Source: Candidatus Sumerlaeota bacterium (lineage in GTDB: Bacteria; Sumerlaeota; Sumerlaeia; SLMS01). From it: DNA of 64,000 bases. The stretch lies in contig JADLAR010000047.1 in assembly GCA_020848155.1 (NCBI GenBank), forward strand, positions 140,419-204,418. The letters are read 5' to 3'. Within the stretch, counting starts at the first letter, position 1; each line of letters starts with the position of its first letter. The notes beneath the pieces are model-generated. The model saw nothing but the letters and a program-made list of their open reading frames with translations. It was not told the origin of the DNA and did not search any database. A program made the translations under genes and the position numbers. Shown piece after piece: positions 17,432 to 27,166 of this stretch.

Positions 17432-19210
17432 ATGACCGATTCGACCCCACAAAGCCCGGTGATTCGCTTTTTTGACGGCGGATGGAAAGCTCATGGGGTC
17501 TTCCTCGCGCTGAGCGTTTTTTTCTGCCTGCCGATGGTGATGCATCCCATGGACGTTCCCATGGGACCTCCGCTGGGTGATACGATGACAACACAGTGGA
17601 ACTTTTGGTGGGTGGACCAGGTGATTCGCGGGAAGGTCGCGCCGGGTGATGGGCTGCTGCATACGAGCATGCTGTTTCACCCACTTGGTGCCGACCTGAG
17701 TTATCATACAATGGAATTCACCTACGCTGTACTGCTGTGGCCGTTGCGCCTGATGGGTGATGGATTCCTGCAACACAATGCCTCCTTGTTTCTGGCGACA
17801 TACTTGATGGCGTGGGCGACATGGCTGGCTGCGCGCCAATGGGGAGCGGGACGGTTTGGAGCGGCTTTGTGCGCCACAGCGCTGACACTCCACGGCTACA
17901 GGCTGGCGGAAGGGATTCACCTCAACATTTTCAGCACCTACCTGTTTCCGCTGACTCTTTACCTGCTGAAGCGGATGCTGGTTGATGAGTCGCGATGGCG
18001 CGTGGCCATCGGGCTGGGCGTTGCGGGAAATCTTGCCGTGATGACGAGTCTCTTTCATACGCTGGAGTGTCTGATTTTCACGCTGCTCTTTGTGGCGCTG
18101 ACTGCCTGCCTGAATCGCGATTTGTTGCGGCGCATGACTCCCACCCTTGTCGTGGCACTGCTGATCGTCGCGCCCGCGGCCATCTGGACGGGATGGCATC
18201 TGGCAACAGCCCCAAAACCGCCACAGTTTTCCGCAGCAGGGCAAAGCGTCCACGCGGCGGACGTGTGGCAGTTCCTCATTCACCCACGCCTGCGCATGGC
18301 GCTGACAGGGATTGAAAATGACTGGTTGACGGTTTTCCTGAACGGTGAGCAGCGCGCATGGACATGGTATCTGCCGGGATACCTGTGCGTCGCAGCGGCG
18401 ATCGCATCCGCGTTTGCACTGAAGAAACACGGGATCCGCAGCGGAGGGACGACGCTACTGTGGATGGGACTCTTCTTCTGGATCATGTCGCTGGGTCCGG
18501 CGTTGAAAATCGGGAGCCCGACAGAACTGAATCCCGAACCATCGGCGATACCACTGCCGGGAAGATTGCTCTCGCTTGTTCCATTCCTCGGAACGATGCG
18601 CTCGGTGTGGCACTTTGGATTTTCGGGAACGGTTTGCATCACGATCCATGCTGCACTATGGATGGAAATGGGAATGCGATTGATCGTTCGTGAGCGACGA
18701 AGGTTGATCCAGATTCTTGCCCTGGCCATTGTCGCCGGTGAGTCGTTCATGGGGCCGCTGAACGTCTTCGCCAATCGCATGGATGGCGCCGCGAAGTTCG
18801 TGGCCGCGCAGGCTTCGCCGGGCGCCGTGGCGATCTTCCCGCAATACTTCCATCAGTATCGTGGGTTCTTCATGTACCATCAAACCATCCACGAGCGGCG
18901 CATCGTCGGCGGATACTTGTCGCGCGATCCGATCGCCTTCGAGGACTGGAAGAAGGATCGCCAATGGCCGATTGACCTTGAGGAGGTGGGTTACGGCCGC
19001 CTGCCCGCATTGGGCAGGGACTCAGCAGCAAAGTTGCGAGCCGACGTTGAGGCCCATGACATCCGCTTGGTTGAGATTTACGATGATTCGAAGGAGAAGT
19101 GGTTTTCAACGCGCATCAGCGACGCTGTGACACGGGTGGTGCCGGGCGGGGTTGCCTATCGCGACCAGGATACGATGGTCATCACGATTCGCGAAGGTTC
19201 AGGTAATTGA
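17432..19210 (+). CDS. Large polytopic membrane protein with a C-terminal soluble domain (GT-C-like/YfhO-like topology), unknown function
   Basis: More than 10 hydrophobic segments and a WNFWWVDQ loop after TM1. Trimmed to the ATG at 17432 (MTDSTPQSP). No catalytic motif recognised. Confidence 0.5.
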   Translation: MTDSTPQSPVIRFFDGGWKAHGVFLALSVFFCLPMVMHPMDVPMGPPLGDTMTTQWNFWWVDQVIRGKVAPGDGLLHTSMLFHPLGADLSYHTMEFTYAVLLWPLRLMGDGFLQHNASLFLATYLMAWATWLAARQWGAGRFGAALCATALTLHGYRLAEGIHLNIFSTYLFPLTLYLLKRMLVDESRWRVAIGLGVAGNLAVMTSLFHTLECLIFTLLFVALTACLNRDLLRRMTPTLVVALLIVAPAAIWTGWHLATAPKPPQFSAAGQSVHAADVWQFLIHPRLRMALTGIENDWLTVFLNGEQRAWTWYLPGYLCVAAAIASAFALKKHGIRSGGTTLLWMGLFFWIMSLGPALKIGSPTELNPEPSAIPLPGRLLSLVPFLGTMRSVWHFGFSGTVCITIHAALWMEMGMRLIVRERRRLIQILALAIVAGESFMGPLNVFANRMDGAAKFVAAQASPGAVAIFPQYFHQYRGFFMYHQTIHERRIVGGYLSRDPIAFEDWKKDRQWPIDLEEVGYGRLPALGRDSAAKLRADVEAHDIRLVEIYDDSKEKWFSTRISDAVTRVVPGGVAYRDQDTMVITIREGSGN

Positions 19211-20042
19211 AGACCGAGTCCTCATTGCCGCGCGCGAAGATGCAGATGTTGTTGGCCTCGGCGAGGGCGATGGCCTCCTGACGATCGAAGAACAGTGACT
19301 CGTGCGCGGTGAGGCACAGCGCCGCGGCGCGAATTTTCACGAGGTTCTGGATGGTCGTCATGCCCACGACCGGGACGTCAAAGCGCTTGTCCTGGTTCGG
19401 CTTTGCCACCTTCACGATGACACAGCCTTCGTCCGCGAGGGCACCTGCGCGCTCGATGAGGCCGTCGGTGCCTTCCAACGCTTCCACGGCAACGACGACG
19501 CCGTTCCTGACGGCGATGGACTGGCCAATATCCAGCCCGCCAATGGCGCGGGCGATGGGATAGCCAAACTCGATGTCCCGCATGATTTCATCGGAGGGTT
19601 TGAGGCGCGTGGTCAGGAGGCCCGGCTCCGGCATGCAGCTTCTGAGGAACATGGTGGAGTTGATGACTCTGATGCCCTCCTTCTCCAGTTCACCAACTGC
19701 GGCGGAAAGCAGCGTGTCCGCCTTCTTGTTCGCGAGCGATCCAAGAACGGAGAGGATGCGCGGTTCGAAGGCGATTTGCTTCAGCACCACCTTGTGTGGC
19801 ACACCACCCGCCATGATCACGTGCTTGATGTTGTGGTGCCGCGCGTACTCGATGAGCTTCGAAAGCTGCGAAAGTTTGAGGACGTAGGATTCAATGCTGT
19901 AGGGCCTGAAGTGATCGTTCTCCAAGCCATCAATGCGAAACGTGACAATTTCCACTCCCCTGCTCTTGGCGGCACGGGCGATCTGCACGGGGAAGTTTCC
20001 CTCCCCCGCAATCAGGCCGATCCGCGTGGGGACCTCGGACAT
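19182..20042 (-). CDS. lpxI: UDP-2,3-diacylglucosamine pyrophosphatase LpxI (DUF1009 family)
   Basis: IGLIAGEGNFPVQIARAA N-terminus and QDKRFDVPVVGMTTIQNL near the C-terminus fit the LpxI/DUF1009 pattern. Sits in a lipid A gene context. The start is uncertain: ATG at 20042 or at 20075. Confidence 0.7.
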   Translation of the reverse strand: MSEVPTRIGLIAGEGNFPVQIARAAKSRGVEIVTFRIDGLENDHFRPYSIESYVLKLSQLSKLIEYARHHNIKHVIMAGGVPHKVVLKQIAFEPRILSVLGSLANKKADTLLSAAVGELEKEGIRVINSTMFLRSCMPEPGLLTTRLKPSDEIMRDIEFGYPIARAIGGLDIGQSIAVRNGVVVAVEALEGTDGLIERAGALADEGCVIVKVAKPNQDKRFDVPVVGMTTIQNLVKIRAAALCLTAHESLFFDRQEAIALAEANNICIFARGNEDSVFNYLNLRES

Positions 20043-20067
20043 CGGCGGTTCCGCCCCGACGTACAGG

Positions 20068-20553
20068 TTATCCATTGCCGGGTGCGGGTTCGCTTTTTTG
20101 GAAAGCAAAGAGGACTGTAACATTTGAAACGGCCTTTCCATCCACGAACACTTCCGCAGTCAGGCGGCCCGTGCGCGACTTCAGGTTGGTGATTTTTCCA
20201 ACAACATCCATGCGCATGCCGGGAAGCACCGCACGGCGAAATTTTGCTTCTTCAACGGTCATAAGGTAGGCAATTTTCCCCGCATTTTCCTTCCGCGCCA
20301 GGATCCAGCAGGCCCCGATCTGCGCCACTGTCTCTATCTGGAGGACGCCGGGATAGACAGGCTCCCCGGGGAAGTGCCCCTGAAAAACAGGATCGGAAAT
20401 GCTGATGTTCTTGAAACCCCTGACGCCATCGAGGGCGAACTCCGTGATTCCATCAGGAAGGAGGAAGGGATGACGGTGCGGGATGATCTTCGTGATGATG
20501 CGAGAATCAAAAGGGGGAAGATAGGTGAAAATTTCGCGCACTTCGTCATTCAT
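20068..20553 (-). CDS. fabZ: 3-hydroxyacyl-ACP dehydratase
   Basis: IIPHRHPFLLPD and FQGHFPGEPVYPGVLQIETVAQ are canonical FabZ motifs. The ATG at 20553 directly abuts the lpxC stop (TGAATG). Confidence 0.92.
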   Translation of the reverse strand: MNDEVREIFTYLPPFDSRIITKIIPHRHPFLLPDGITEFALDGVRGFKNISISDPVFQGHFPGEPVYPGVLQIETVAQIGACWILARKENAGKIAYLMTVEEAKFRRAVLPGMRMDVVGKITNLKSRTGRLTAEVFVDGKAVSNVTVLFAFQKSEPAPGNG

Positions 20554-21440
20554 GAGGTAAGGTGCAATCCCCTGGCAATTTTTTGAGCAAACAAAACATG
20601 GCTGCGGTGCCCCGCGCGCCAAGCCCAGAAATGTCCACTTAAGCCACAACCCAGTAGGGCAAGATCACCCAGCAGGTCGATGATTTTATGGCGGGCGACC
20701 TCATCAGGGAAGTGAAGCGATTCATTGTGATAGCGGAATTCGTCGAAAACAACGGCATTTTGCAGGTTTCCACCGCGCGCCAGCCCGCGCGAGCGGAGGG
20801 CCTCGATGTCGCTGGCGAGCGCAAACGTGCGCGCTGCCGAAACCTGATCGTAAAACCGTTCGGGGCTCACCTCCAGATTATACCCCATATTTCCAACAAC
20901 CGTTCCCGGAAACTCAACATACGCGGAAAGGATCAGGCCGTTGTGGGGGGCCGCGGTCAGCAGCGCCCCGCCGTCCTCCAGGGAAATGGGATGTTCGATG
21001 TGAATGACGGGCAGTATCCCGCCGTTTTCCGTGATGCCGGACTGACGCAGGGCATCGATGTATTCCCGGGAGCCGCCGCCGAGGAAGGGAACCTCCGGGC
21101 CCTGTTGTTCCACAAGGGCATCGCTGATGCCGAGGGCGTGGAGCGCCGCCATCAGGTGCTCGATCTGCTCGAATCGTTCGCCATCGGCTCCGATGATGAC
21201 AGTGCGGCGATCAGATGACTGGGCGTCCGCAAACTTCCAGGTGGCCGGGACGGGAGTCCTCCCGGCACGCGTGAAGGCAATTCCTTCCCCGGCATCGCGC
21301 GGCTGGATGTGAACCCGGCACGACGTTCCGCTGTGGATGCCGGTGCCTTCGATGACGGTCGCCTTCGCGATGGTGCGCGTTGGAATCCCGGAGTCACGAA
21401 CCAGCGTTCCAACCGGGGATGTTTCGGTGACGAAGTTCAT
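20550..21440 (-). CDS. lpxC: UDP-3-O-acyl-N-acetylglucosamine deacetylase
   Basis: TIAKATVIEGTGIHSG, IEHLMAALHALGI and HKIIDLLGDLALLG motifs are typical of LpxC. Confidence 0.92.
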   Translation of the reverse strand: MNFVTETSPVGTLVRDSGIPTRTIAKATVIEGTGIHSGTSCRVHIQPRDAGEGIAFTRAGRTPVPATWKFADAQSSDRRTVIIGADGERFEQIEHLMAALHALGISDALVEQQGPEVPFLGGGSREYIDALRQSGITENGGILPVIHIEHPISLEDGGALLTAAPHNGLILSAYVEFPGTVVGNMGYNLEVSPERFYDQVSAARTFALASDIEALRSRGLARGGNLQNAVVFDEFRYHNESLHFPDEVARHKIIDLLGDLALLGCGLSGHFWAWRAGHRSHVLFAQKIARGLHLTS

Positions 21441-22117
21441 GGAATCAGCGGAAGGGGCTTGGGCGACGCTGGCGTCTTCCCATCGTTGCGCGCATTCTTG
21501 ATTTTCAGCACTGCGGCCCGTATTTCGTCCACGCGCGCATCCAGTTCCTTGATGACGAGAGGCGTGACATCTGCCCGCTCGCTGCCGTAGAGCGCCATCT
21601 CCCCGCGCAGGATCAAATCGTACTTCTCGCGCTTGCCAACATCGCCGATGACGCGGATGACCTGTTCAAGGAGCGGTTCCACGGTGGTGCGCTGTTTGTC
21701 ACGCACCTGCTTTTGAAAACGATACTCCATGTCGTCGATTTCGTTCAACATGGCGGCAATTTTTTCCTGGCGGGACGCACGCTCGGTTTCGCTGAGGACG
21801 CTTTCCTGCTGGTCAAAGGCCAGTTGGGCCCGGCGCTGCTCGCGCTTGCGCGCGTCGATCGCCTTTGCCTGCTCCCCCAATTCGGAGTCGACCTCGGAAA
21901 CCACGGCGCGAATAGCCTCGCTACTGTCGAGGACAACCTCGATGTCGACAAATCCGACCCGCGTGGGACCGGGGACTGTCTTGTCCGTGAGAGTTGTGGA
22001 TGTTCCCTCGTCGGCGGCATTCGGGGCCGCGCCGATGGGCATTGATAGGCAGCACAGGGCAAAAACCACCGCGCAGGGCATGAGAAAACATCGGATTGAA
22101 CGGCTCAATAATCGCAT
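21437..22117 (-). CDS. OmpH/Skp-like periplasmic chaperone
   Basis: Signal peptide MRLLSRSIRCFLMPCAVVFALCCLSMPIGA followed by a coiled-coil, charge-rich body. Position is immediately upstream of lpxC-fabZ, with an ATGA overlap with lpxC. Trimmed to the ATG at 22117. Confidence 0.6.
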   Translation of the reverse strand: MRLLSRSIRCFLMPCAVVFALCCLSMPIGAAPNAADEGTSTTLTDKTVPGPTRVGFVDIEVVLDSSEAIRAVVSEVDSELGEQAKAIDARKREQRRAQLAFDQQESVLSETERASRQEKIAAMLNEIDDMEYRFQKQVRDKQRTTVEPLLEQVIRVIGDVGKREKYDLILRGEMALYGSERADVTPLVIKELDARVDEIRAAVLKIKNARNDGKTPASPKPLPLIP

Positions 22118-22262
22118 GGCGGAAACAGGCAACCGGGATTGGGGCTGGCGCAAGTGACTTTGCCTTCCCGTGAAAGGTTGGCTGCAAGATTGCACCCCAC
22201 ATCCTCTTGTTTTCTTTTGCCCATCCTGTTTTGTTGTGAATCCTGATTTGTCCATTTCCAGC

Positions 22263-22814
22263 ATGGGAGCGATACCGATGCCTTACATCCTTCTCTTTCA
22301 GCGCAGCGGCGAACTGCTCAGCCTTTCGGAAATCTCCCAGGGTTTGTCTGAACTGTTGGGCCTCACCTGCGCGGTGGAAATGAGCGGAAAACGCATCGCC
22401 CCGGGAGATTGGAACAAATCCAGTTCAGAATTCCACGAGGGGAGAATCTACGTGGAATTGCCGGACCTTGCCGCGGAGGAGGGGGTTCCCCTGGTGACGA
22501 TTGAGGCAACGCCGCGGCTGGACCGGGATGACTCCATCCAAAAAATCATCGATGAGATTCTGTCGCAGGATGGCACGTTGAAGGCAGAGCTTGATGAAAA
22601 CACGCGCGATGTGATGCTGACGTTTGACGACACGCCGGCAGGCCTGGAGGCGGGCTATGCGCTGGCCTATACAATCTCGTCGGAAACCGGAAGCGGCATC
22701 CTGCTTCCCGGGTCGGCGGATGATGACGGAACGTTGTGGTTCGAGGATGCGGAGGACTTCGCGGATGAAGTCTTCGGGGACGATGAAGAAGGAAGTGGTG
22801 ACGAGGAGGACTAA
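22263..22814 (+). CDS. Acidic hypothetical protein with a poly-Asp/Glu tail
   Basis: ORF ending ...DAEDFADEVFGDDEEGSGDEED. No motif recognised. Start is the ATG at 22263 or 22278. Confidence 0.45.
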   Translation: MGAIPMPYILLFQRSGELLSLSEISQGLSELLGLTCAVEMSGKRIAPGDWNKSSSEFHEGRIYVELPDLAAEEGVPLVTIEATPRLDRDDSIQKIIDEILSQDGTLKAELDENTRDVMLTFDDTPAGLEAGYALAYTISSETGSGILLPGSADDDGTLWFEDAEDFADEVFGDDEEGSGDEED

Positions 22815-23503
22815 CTCTTCCTCAATTCAATGTAGCACATTTGCGTGCCCTGCCCGCTGATTGATTCAACGCTGGCATTCAAGCGATTGGCGATATCCCG
22901 CACGCGTGGAATATCCACCGATGCGCCATCGTACGTGTCATGCTTGACCAGCAGGAAATCATTGCGGGCCTGGAAGCGGAAACGGCCTCCGGGCTTCAAC
23001 ACGCGCAGCGTATCCGCGACATACTCATAGATCAGGTCGGCGTGCGGCATGTGCTGGAAGACAATGTAGCTGAAGGCAAAGTCATAGCTGTTGTCGGCAA
23101 TGCCGGCAAAGGAACTGCCATTGACCTGCATGAAGTGCACGTTTTGCAGGTGCGAGTTTGCCTGGTAGGCACGGACGAGCATTTCGCCACTGACGTCAAC
23201 GGCCGTGATGAATGCAAAGCGACCGGCCAGTGCGCGCGTCATGCGACCCACACCGCAACCGATTTCAAGCAGGGAGGCGTTCCCTGTCATTTCAGGGGTC
23301 CAATTTGCTTCGCGCAGGAACCGGGCAACGTCGTCTTCACCCGTGCGGAAGAACTCCCCTTCATCCTCCCATTGTTCCTTGAAATCCGCCACGAAGTGCA
23401 TCGCGTTCTCGCGCGCGCGACGGTCCCAATCCGCGCGCATTCGGGTGCGCGCCGCATCCAGGGGGGGCTCCCGGTCGAAGAGTCTTTTGATAAAATCCTT
23501 CAT
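22811..23503 (-). CDS. Class I SAM-dependent methyltransferase
   Basis: Motif I LLEIGCGVGRMT and a post-I acidic residue (ITAVDVS). Trimmed to the ATG at 23503 (MKDFIKRLF). Confidence 0.8.
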   Translation of the reverse strand: MKDFIKRLFDREPPLDAARTRMRADWDRRARENAMHFVADFKEQWEDEGEFFRTGEDDVARFLREANWTPEMTGNASLLEIGCGVGRMTRALAGRFAFITAVDVSGEMLVRAYQANSHLQNVHFMQVNGSSFAGIADNSYDFAFSYIVFQHMPHADLIYEYVADTLRVLKPGGRFRFQARNDFLLVKHDTYDGASVDIPRVRDIANRLNASVESISGQGTQMCYIELRKS

Positions 23504-23609
23504 GGCGGCGGGATCATCGGGAATGGATCCTCCGCAGGTGAAGAGGTTTTTTCCACGGCCGCGATTCTCCTTTGACCATCGCCATGGCCCCTGAGGATGG
23601 TATCCCCTC

Positions 23610-24776
23610 ATGGCATTTCAATCCCTCACATTGCTTGGCTCCACAGGCTCAATCGGGCGGCAAACACTGGACGTGTTGCGACACCTGAAGGGGCGCATCA
23701 GGCTGGCGGGAATCAGCGCCGGGGGGCGCGACCTGGAACTGCTGGCGCAGCAGGTGGTGGAGTTCCAGCCGGAAATGGTCCACATCGGCGATGAATCCCG
23801 GCTGGGGGAATTGCGCGCCCGCGTGATGACGCATTGGAGCGGGCCGATGTTTGCCGGCGCCGAAGGGCTGGCACGCATTGCCGCCGAAGCACCGGCAGAC
23901 GTTGTGCTGATTGCCACCGTGGGCTGGGCGGGACTGCCTCCGGCGATGGCAGCCATCGAGGCGGGGCGCGCGATCGCGCTGGCGAACAAGGAGGCGCTGG
24001 TCTGTGGCGGAACGCTGCTGACAGGCGCCGCCAGGACAAGAAACGTCCCAATTCTTCCCGTCGATAGCGAACACAGCGCCATTTTCCAATGCCTTCATTC
24101 ATCACCACGAAATGAGATCCGGAAACTGATTCTCACCTGTAGCGGCGGTCCGTTCCTCAATTCCACGAAGGAGCAGATCGATGTGGCGGATGCGGATGTG
24201 ACCCTCAGGCATCCCCGCTGGAAAATGGGCAACAAAGTGACGATCGATTCCGCAACGCTGATGAACAAGGGGTTCGAGGTCATCGAGGCGCATCACTTGT
24301 TTGGCATCCCCTACGACAACATCGAAGTGGTGATTCATCCACAATCTGTCGTGCATTCGCTGGTGGAGTTTGTGGACGGCTCGGTGCTGGCGCAGTTGGG
24401 GCCGACGGACATGCGGCTTCCAATTCAGTATGCGCTGACATACCCGGAAAGATTCCCCTCGCAGATCGAGGCACTGAACCTGGGGAAGATGGGAAGCCTG
24501 ACATTCGACGATCCAGACCACGGGCGCTTCCCCGCATTGAGCCTTGCCTATGCTGCGGGAAGGGCTGGTGGCACTGCCCCGTGCGTCCTCAACGCAGCCA
24601 ACGAAGTCGCAGTGCAACTCCACATGGAAGGGCGCATCGCCTGCGGCGCGATTCCCCGCATCCTGCGCGGAGTGATGGAGCAACATCGGCACGAGCAGGC
24701 GCCAAGCCTGGAGAAGTTGCAGACTTGGGATCGTTGGGGCCGCGATGCTGCGGCGAATATCGCTGCGGCCCTCTAG
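23610..24776 (+). CDS. dxr: 1-deoxy-D-xylulose-5-phosphate reductoisomerase
   Basis: LLGSTGSIGRQTLDV, ALANKEALV, VDSEHSAIFQC and HPRWKMGNKVTIDSATLMNKGFEVIEAHHLF are canonical Dxr motifs. Confidence 0.95.
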   Translation: MAFQSLTLLGSTGSIGRQTLDVLRHLKGRIRLAGISAGGRDLELLAQQVVEFQPEMVHIGDESRLGELRARVMTHWSGPMFAGAEGLARIAAEAPADVVLIATVGWAGLPPAMAAIEAGRAIALANKEALVCGGTLLTGAARTRNVPILPVDSEHSAIFQCLHSSPRNEIRKLILTCSGGPFLNSTKEQIDVADADVTLRHPRWKMGNKVTIDSATLMNKGFEVIEAHHLFGIPYDNIEVVIHPQSVVHSLVEFVDGSVLAQLGPTDMRLPIQYALTYPERFPSQIEALNLGKMGSLTFDDPDHGRFPALSLAYAAGRAGGTAPCVLNAANEVAVQLHMEGRIACGAIPRILRGVMEQHRHEQAPSLEKLQTWDRWGRDAAANIAAAL

Positions 24777-24793
24777 GCGGAATCACCCGCAAC

Positions 24794-26917
24794 TCAGAAC
24801 GTTGCCCAACCCTCCACATTTGAATTTGGTGTGACGACAAGAAGCGTCAGGGATTCCGCAGGATAAGTGGTGCCAATGCTGCCTCCGGCCGCCGTGGCAT
24901 CAGGCTGGGTGACAATGGAAGCCAGGTTTGCAGCGCTGTAGCGGTGGACCTTCACGGTGCTGCCTGCCGTGAAATTCTGCAACGCGAGGTCGCACGAAAT
25001 ATCACCCGTCGTCTTGTTGATCACGAGGATGGTAAGCTGCGAATTTGACGTCCTCTGTGCGGCATAAACTGAAAGCTGGGATTGATCGCTGCTGAGGGCG
25101 TTGACGGATGTATCGCCGAACTGGGCGCCCGCGCCGTCGTAGTTGAGGAACATCCTGAAGGCGAACGCACCGGGCTGCGCGGTGGTGGGTGGATCCCACA
25201 GACAGGCCATGTCCGCGCCCTCGCGCCCGAAAATTCCGAGTGCATCGGCCTGCGCCAACGCACCATTGAGTGAATTCATCGCGCCAAAGTTGTATTCCGT
25301 GATGGCGAGTTTTGTTCCAGGGTAGTATGAAGCGATCCAGGCCTTCATGCGGGGGATGAGATTGACAGGTTCGCCAATCCAGCTTTCGTCCGTGTAGGTG
25401 GCGTCCCAGAGCGCACGGGTGCTGCGAAGGCGAAGCGCCTTTGTTGCGGCCGACCCCTCGCTCGGCGCAAAAACGCCGTTCCCTTGCGGATAGAAATGAA
25501 TATCCACATAGTCAAGCAGGCGCTTGCCTGCGGTGATGCTCGCCGCATTCATCTGCTGGAGGTACCACGGCAGGAAGGGCATGTCTCCATGAGCCATGCG
25601 ATCAGGCCGCGTGTTCCACCAGGCGACACCACCATCGGTGACGTCCTTCGCGGAGTAGAAGTAGGCGCTCCATCCCCACAAGACCGGGCCCAGCGTCTGC
25701 GCATCCGCGTCCGTGGCCTTGATCGCGGAGGCGTAGTCGCGGCCCCGCGTGAAGACCTCGTCGTAACTGGCCCCGAGCGGATGAACGTCGCGATGGGTGC
25801 TGTTCCAGAGCATTGGCTCGTTGTCGAGCGCGTAGAATTTCACGCCGCCCGCGTTGGATGCACCGAAGACCGACTTGAGATGGTTGATCCAACCCGACAC
25901 GAAGGCTTCATTGATCGCCACGGATGTGTCCAATGGATCGTTCCCGGTGATGGGGGTGCCGTCGGTGTGGTACCCGTTCCCGCAATCAGGCCGCCAGAAC
26001 TCGTGGTCCTGCTGCGGCCCGTACTTCGCAATGCTGAAGGCACAATCCCACCCACGCGACTTCGGTGTCCAGCCGATGAGCGGCACTGTGACGATGGCGT
26101 CTGCGCCGTTCAGCAATGTCTCGTGAACGAAGGTGTCCGCTGCCGAATCGTTCGGTAGTGCGGCGGGGTTTACATTGTCGTCTGGTATGTTTTCGAAATA
26201 GTAATCGGAGGCGGTGTTGTGCGTGTCGAACAGGTAGTTATATCGTGTCGTGGAATTGCCACCCCAGCGCCGCAGAGGGATGCCGATACCCCCAACCATG
26301 GCGGGATCCGCGAAGCTGACACCATAGATCTGCGGAAGAATTGGCTTTCGGCCTGCCGCGACATCAACCGTGAGCGTGATGGGAACCGGCGGGACATTGC
26401 TTTCCACGAGCACGATGTCATCGAGATAGTAGGCCGGCTGTGCGGAGCCTGAACGATCAATCCAGTAGAAACCCGCAATGGTGGTGGCGGCGCCGAAATT
26501 CGTGAGAGGGATTGTCACCTGTGTCCAGCCATTGGCGGCGGGTGGTGCCAGGTCGACGGACAATGGCGCTTCTGATCCTCCCGCAACAATCATCGCGAGG
26601 CGAATCTGCTGACCACCTGATGAGCCGCCATGGATCCAGAACTGGATGCTGGAATAACCAGCCGCACTGAGATCGGAATTGGAATGGAGATAGAATCCCG
26701 CGTAGCCGGCCTGATGGGTGACGGCCACGGAATTCGCCCCTCCATGATGGGGGGAGGTTGTGCCGAAGTTTGTGGCGGTACTCCAGGACCAATTCTGCCA
26801 GCCCGCATCGAGCGCATCAGCATAAACAGTGGTATCTGCGGCAGGAAGCAGCGAGGCGAAGAAAAAAAGAATGCCTGCGGCCATCAGGCGGGGAGCGATG
26901 GACGAAAATACGCTCAT
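24794..26917 (-). CDS. Secreted glycoside hydrolase, GH44-like, with an N-terminal CBM-like domain
   Basis: Signal peptide MSVFSSIAPRLMAAGILFFFASLLPAA. LRRWGGNSTTRYNY and LAITEYNFG resemble GH44 signature regions as I recall them. The family assignment needs an HMM check. Confidence 0.55.
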   Translation of the reverse strand: MSVFSSIAPRLMAAGILFFFASLLPAADTTVYADALDAGWQNWSWSTATNFGTTSPHHGGANSVAVTHQAGYAGFYLHSNSDLSAAGYSSIQFWIHGGSSGGQQIRLAMIVAGGSEAPLSVDLAPPAANGWTQVTIPLTNFGAATTIAGFYWIDRSGSAQPAYYLDDIVLVESNVPPVPITLTVDVAAGRKPILPQIYGVSFADPAMVGGIGIPLRRWGGNSTTRYNYLFDTHNTASDYYFENIPDDNVNPAALPNDSAADTFVHETLLNGADAIVTVPLIGWTPKSRGWDCAFSIAKYGPQQDHEFWRPDCGNGYHTDGTPITGNDPLDTSVAINEAFVSGWINHLKSVFGASNAGGVKFYALDNEPMLWNSTHRDVHPLGASYDEVFTRGRDYASAIKATDADAQTLGPVLWGWSAYFYSAKDVTDGGVAWWNTRPDRMAHGDMPFLPWYLQQMNAASITAGKRLLDYVDIHFYPQGNGVFAPSEGSAATKALRLRSTRALWDATYTDESWIGEPVNLIPRMKAWIASYYPGTKLAITEYNFGAMNSLNGALAQADALGIFGREGADMACLWDPPTTAQPGAFAFRMFLNYDGAGAQFGDTSVNALSSDQSQLSVYAAQRTSNSQLTILVINKTTGDISCDLALQNFTAGSTVKVHRYSAANLASIVTQPDATAAGGSIGTTYPAESLTLLVVTPNSNVEGWATF

Positions 26918-27166
26918 GCAGCGAAAACTTTCTTGATCAAGTCACGGTATTTGTAAGGTGAAGTAGGCGGGAACGCAACGAGGTGAATGGCACCTTGGGG
27001 TTCGCACAATCATCTCTCGTGAACTTCCACTCCCAAAAATCGGGGGATTCCATGCCATCACAGGAACTTGGGTTGTCGCCTGTCTGCCCTTGGCATTGGT
27101 TCCCGGTTGGGGAACAACTTCACCTCAAGGACGCTGGCAACAGCGCGCAATTACCATAAGGCTTCC

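Noticed and set aside
14601-17711. 140-aa N-terminal extension of GlnD in the track ORF
   Set aside because: The extension is R/S/P-rich and would overlap the divergent membrane-protein gene region. A conserved-looking GlnD N-terminus begins at the ATG at 17291.
17411-18430. 339-aa minus-strand ORF antisense to the membrane-protein gene
   Set aside because: R/Q/H-rich with no motif. The plus strand encodes a coherent series of TM helices.
26988-27005. TGGCAC in the GH44/rseP intergenic region as a possible sigma-54 -24 element
   Set aside because: The downstream spacing does not give a TTGC -12 element (TGGCAC-cttgg-GGTTC). A second TTGGCAT, about 100 nt downstream within the same intergenic region, also lacks a -12 match.
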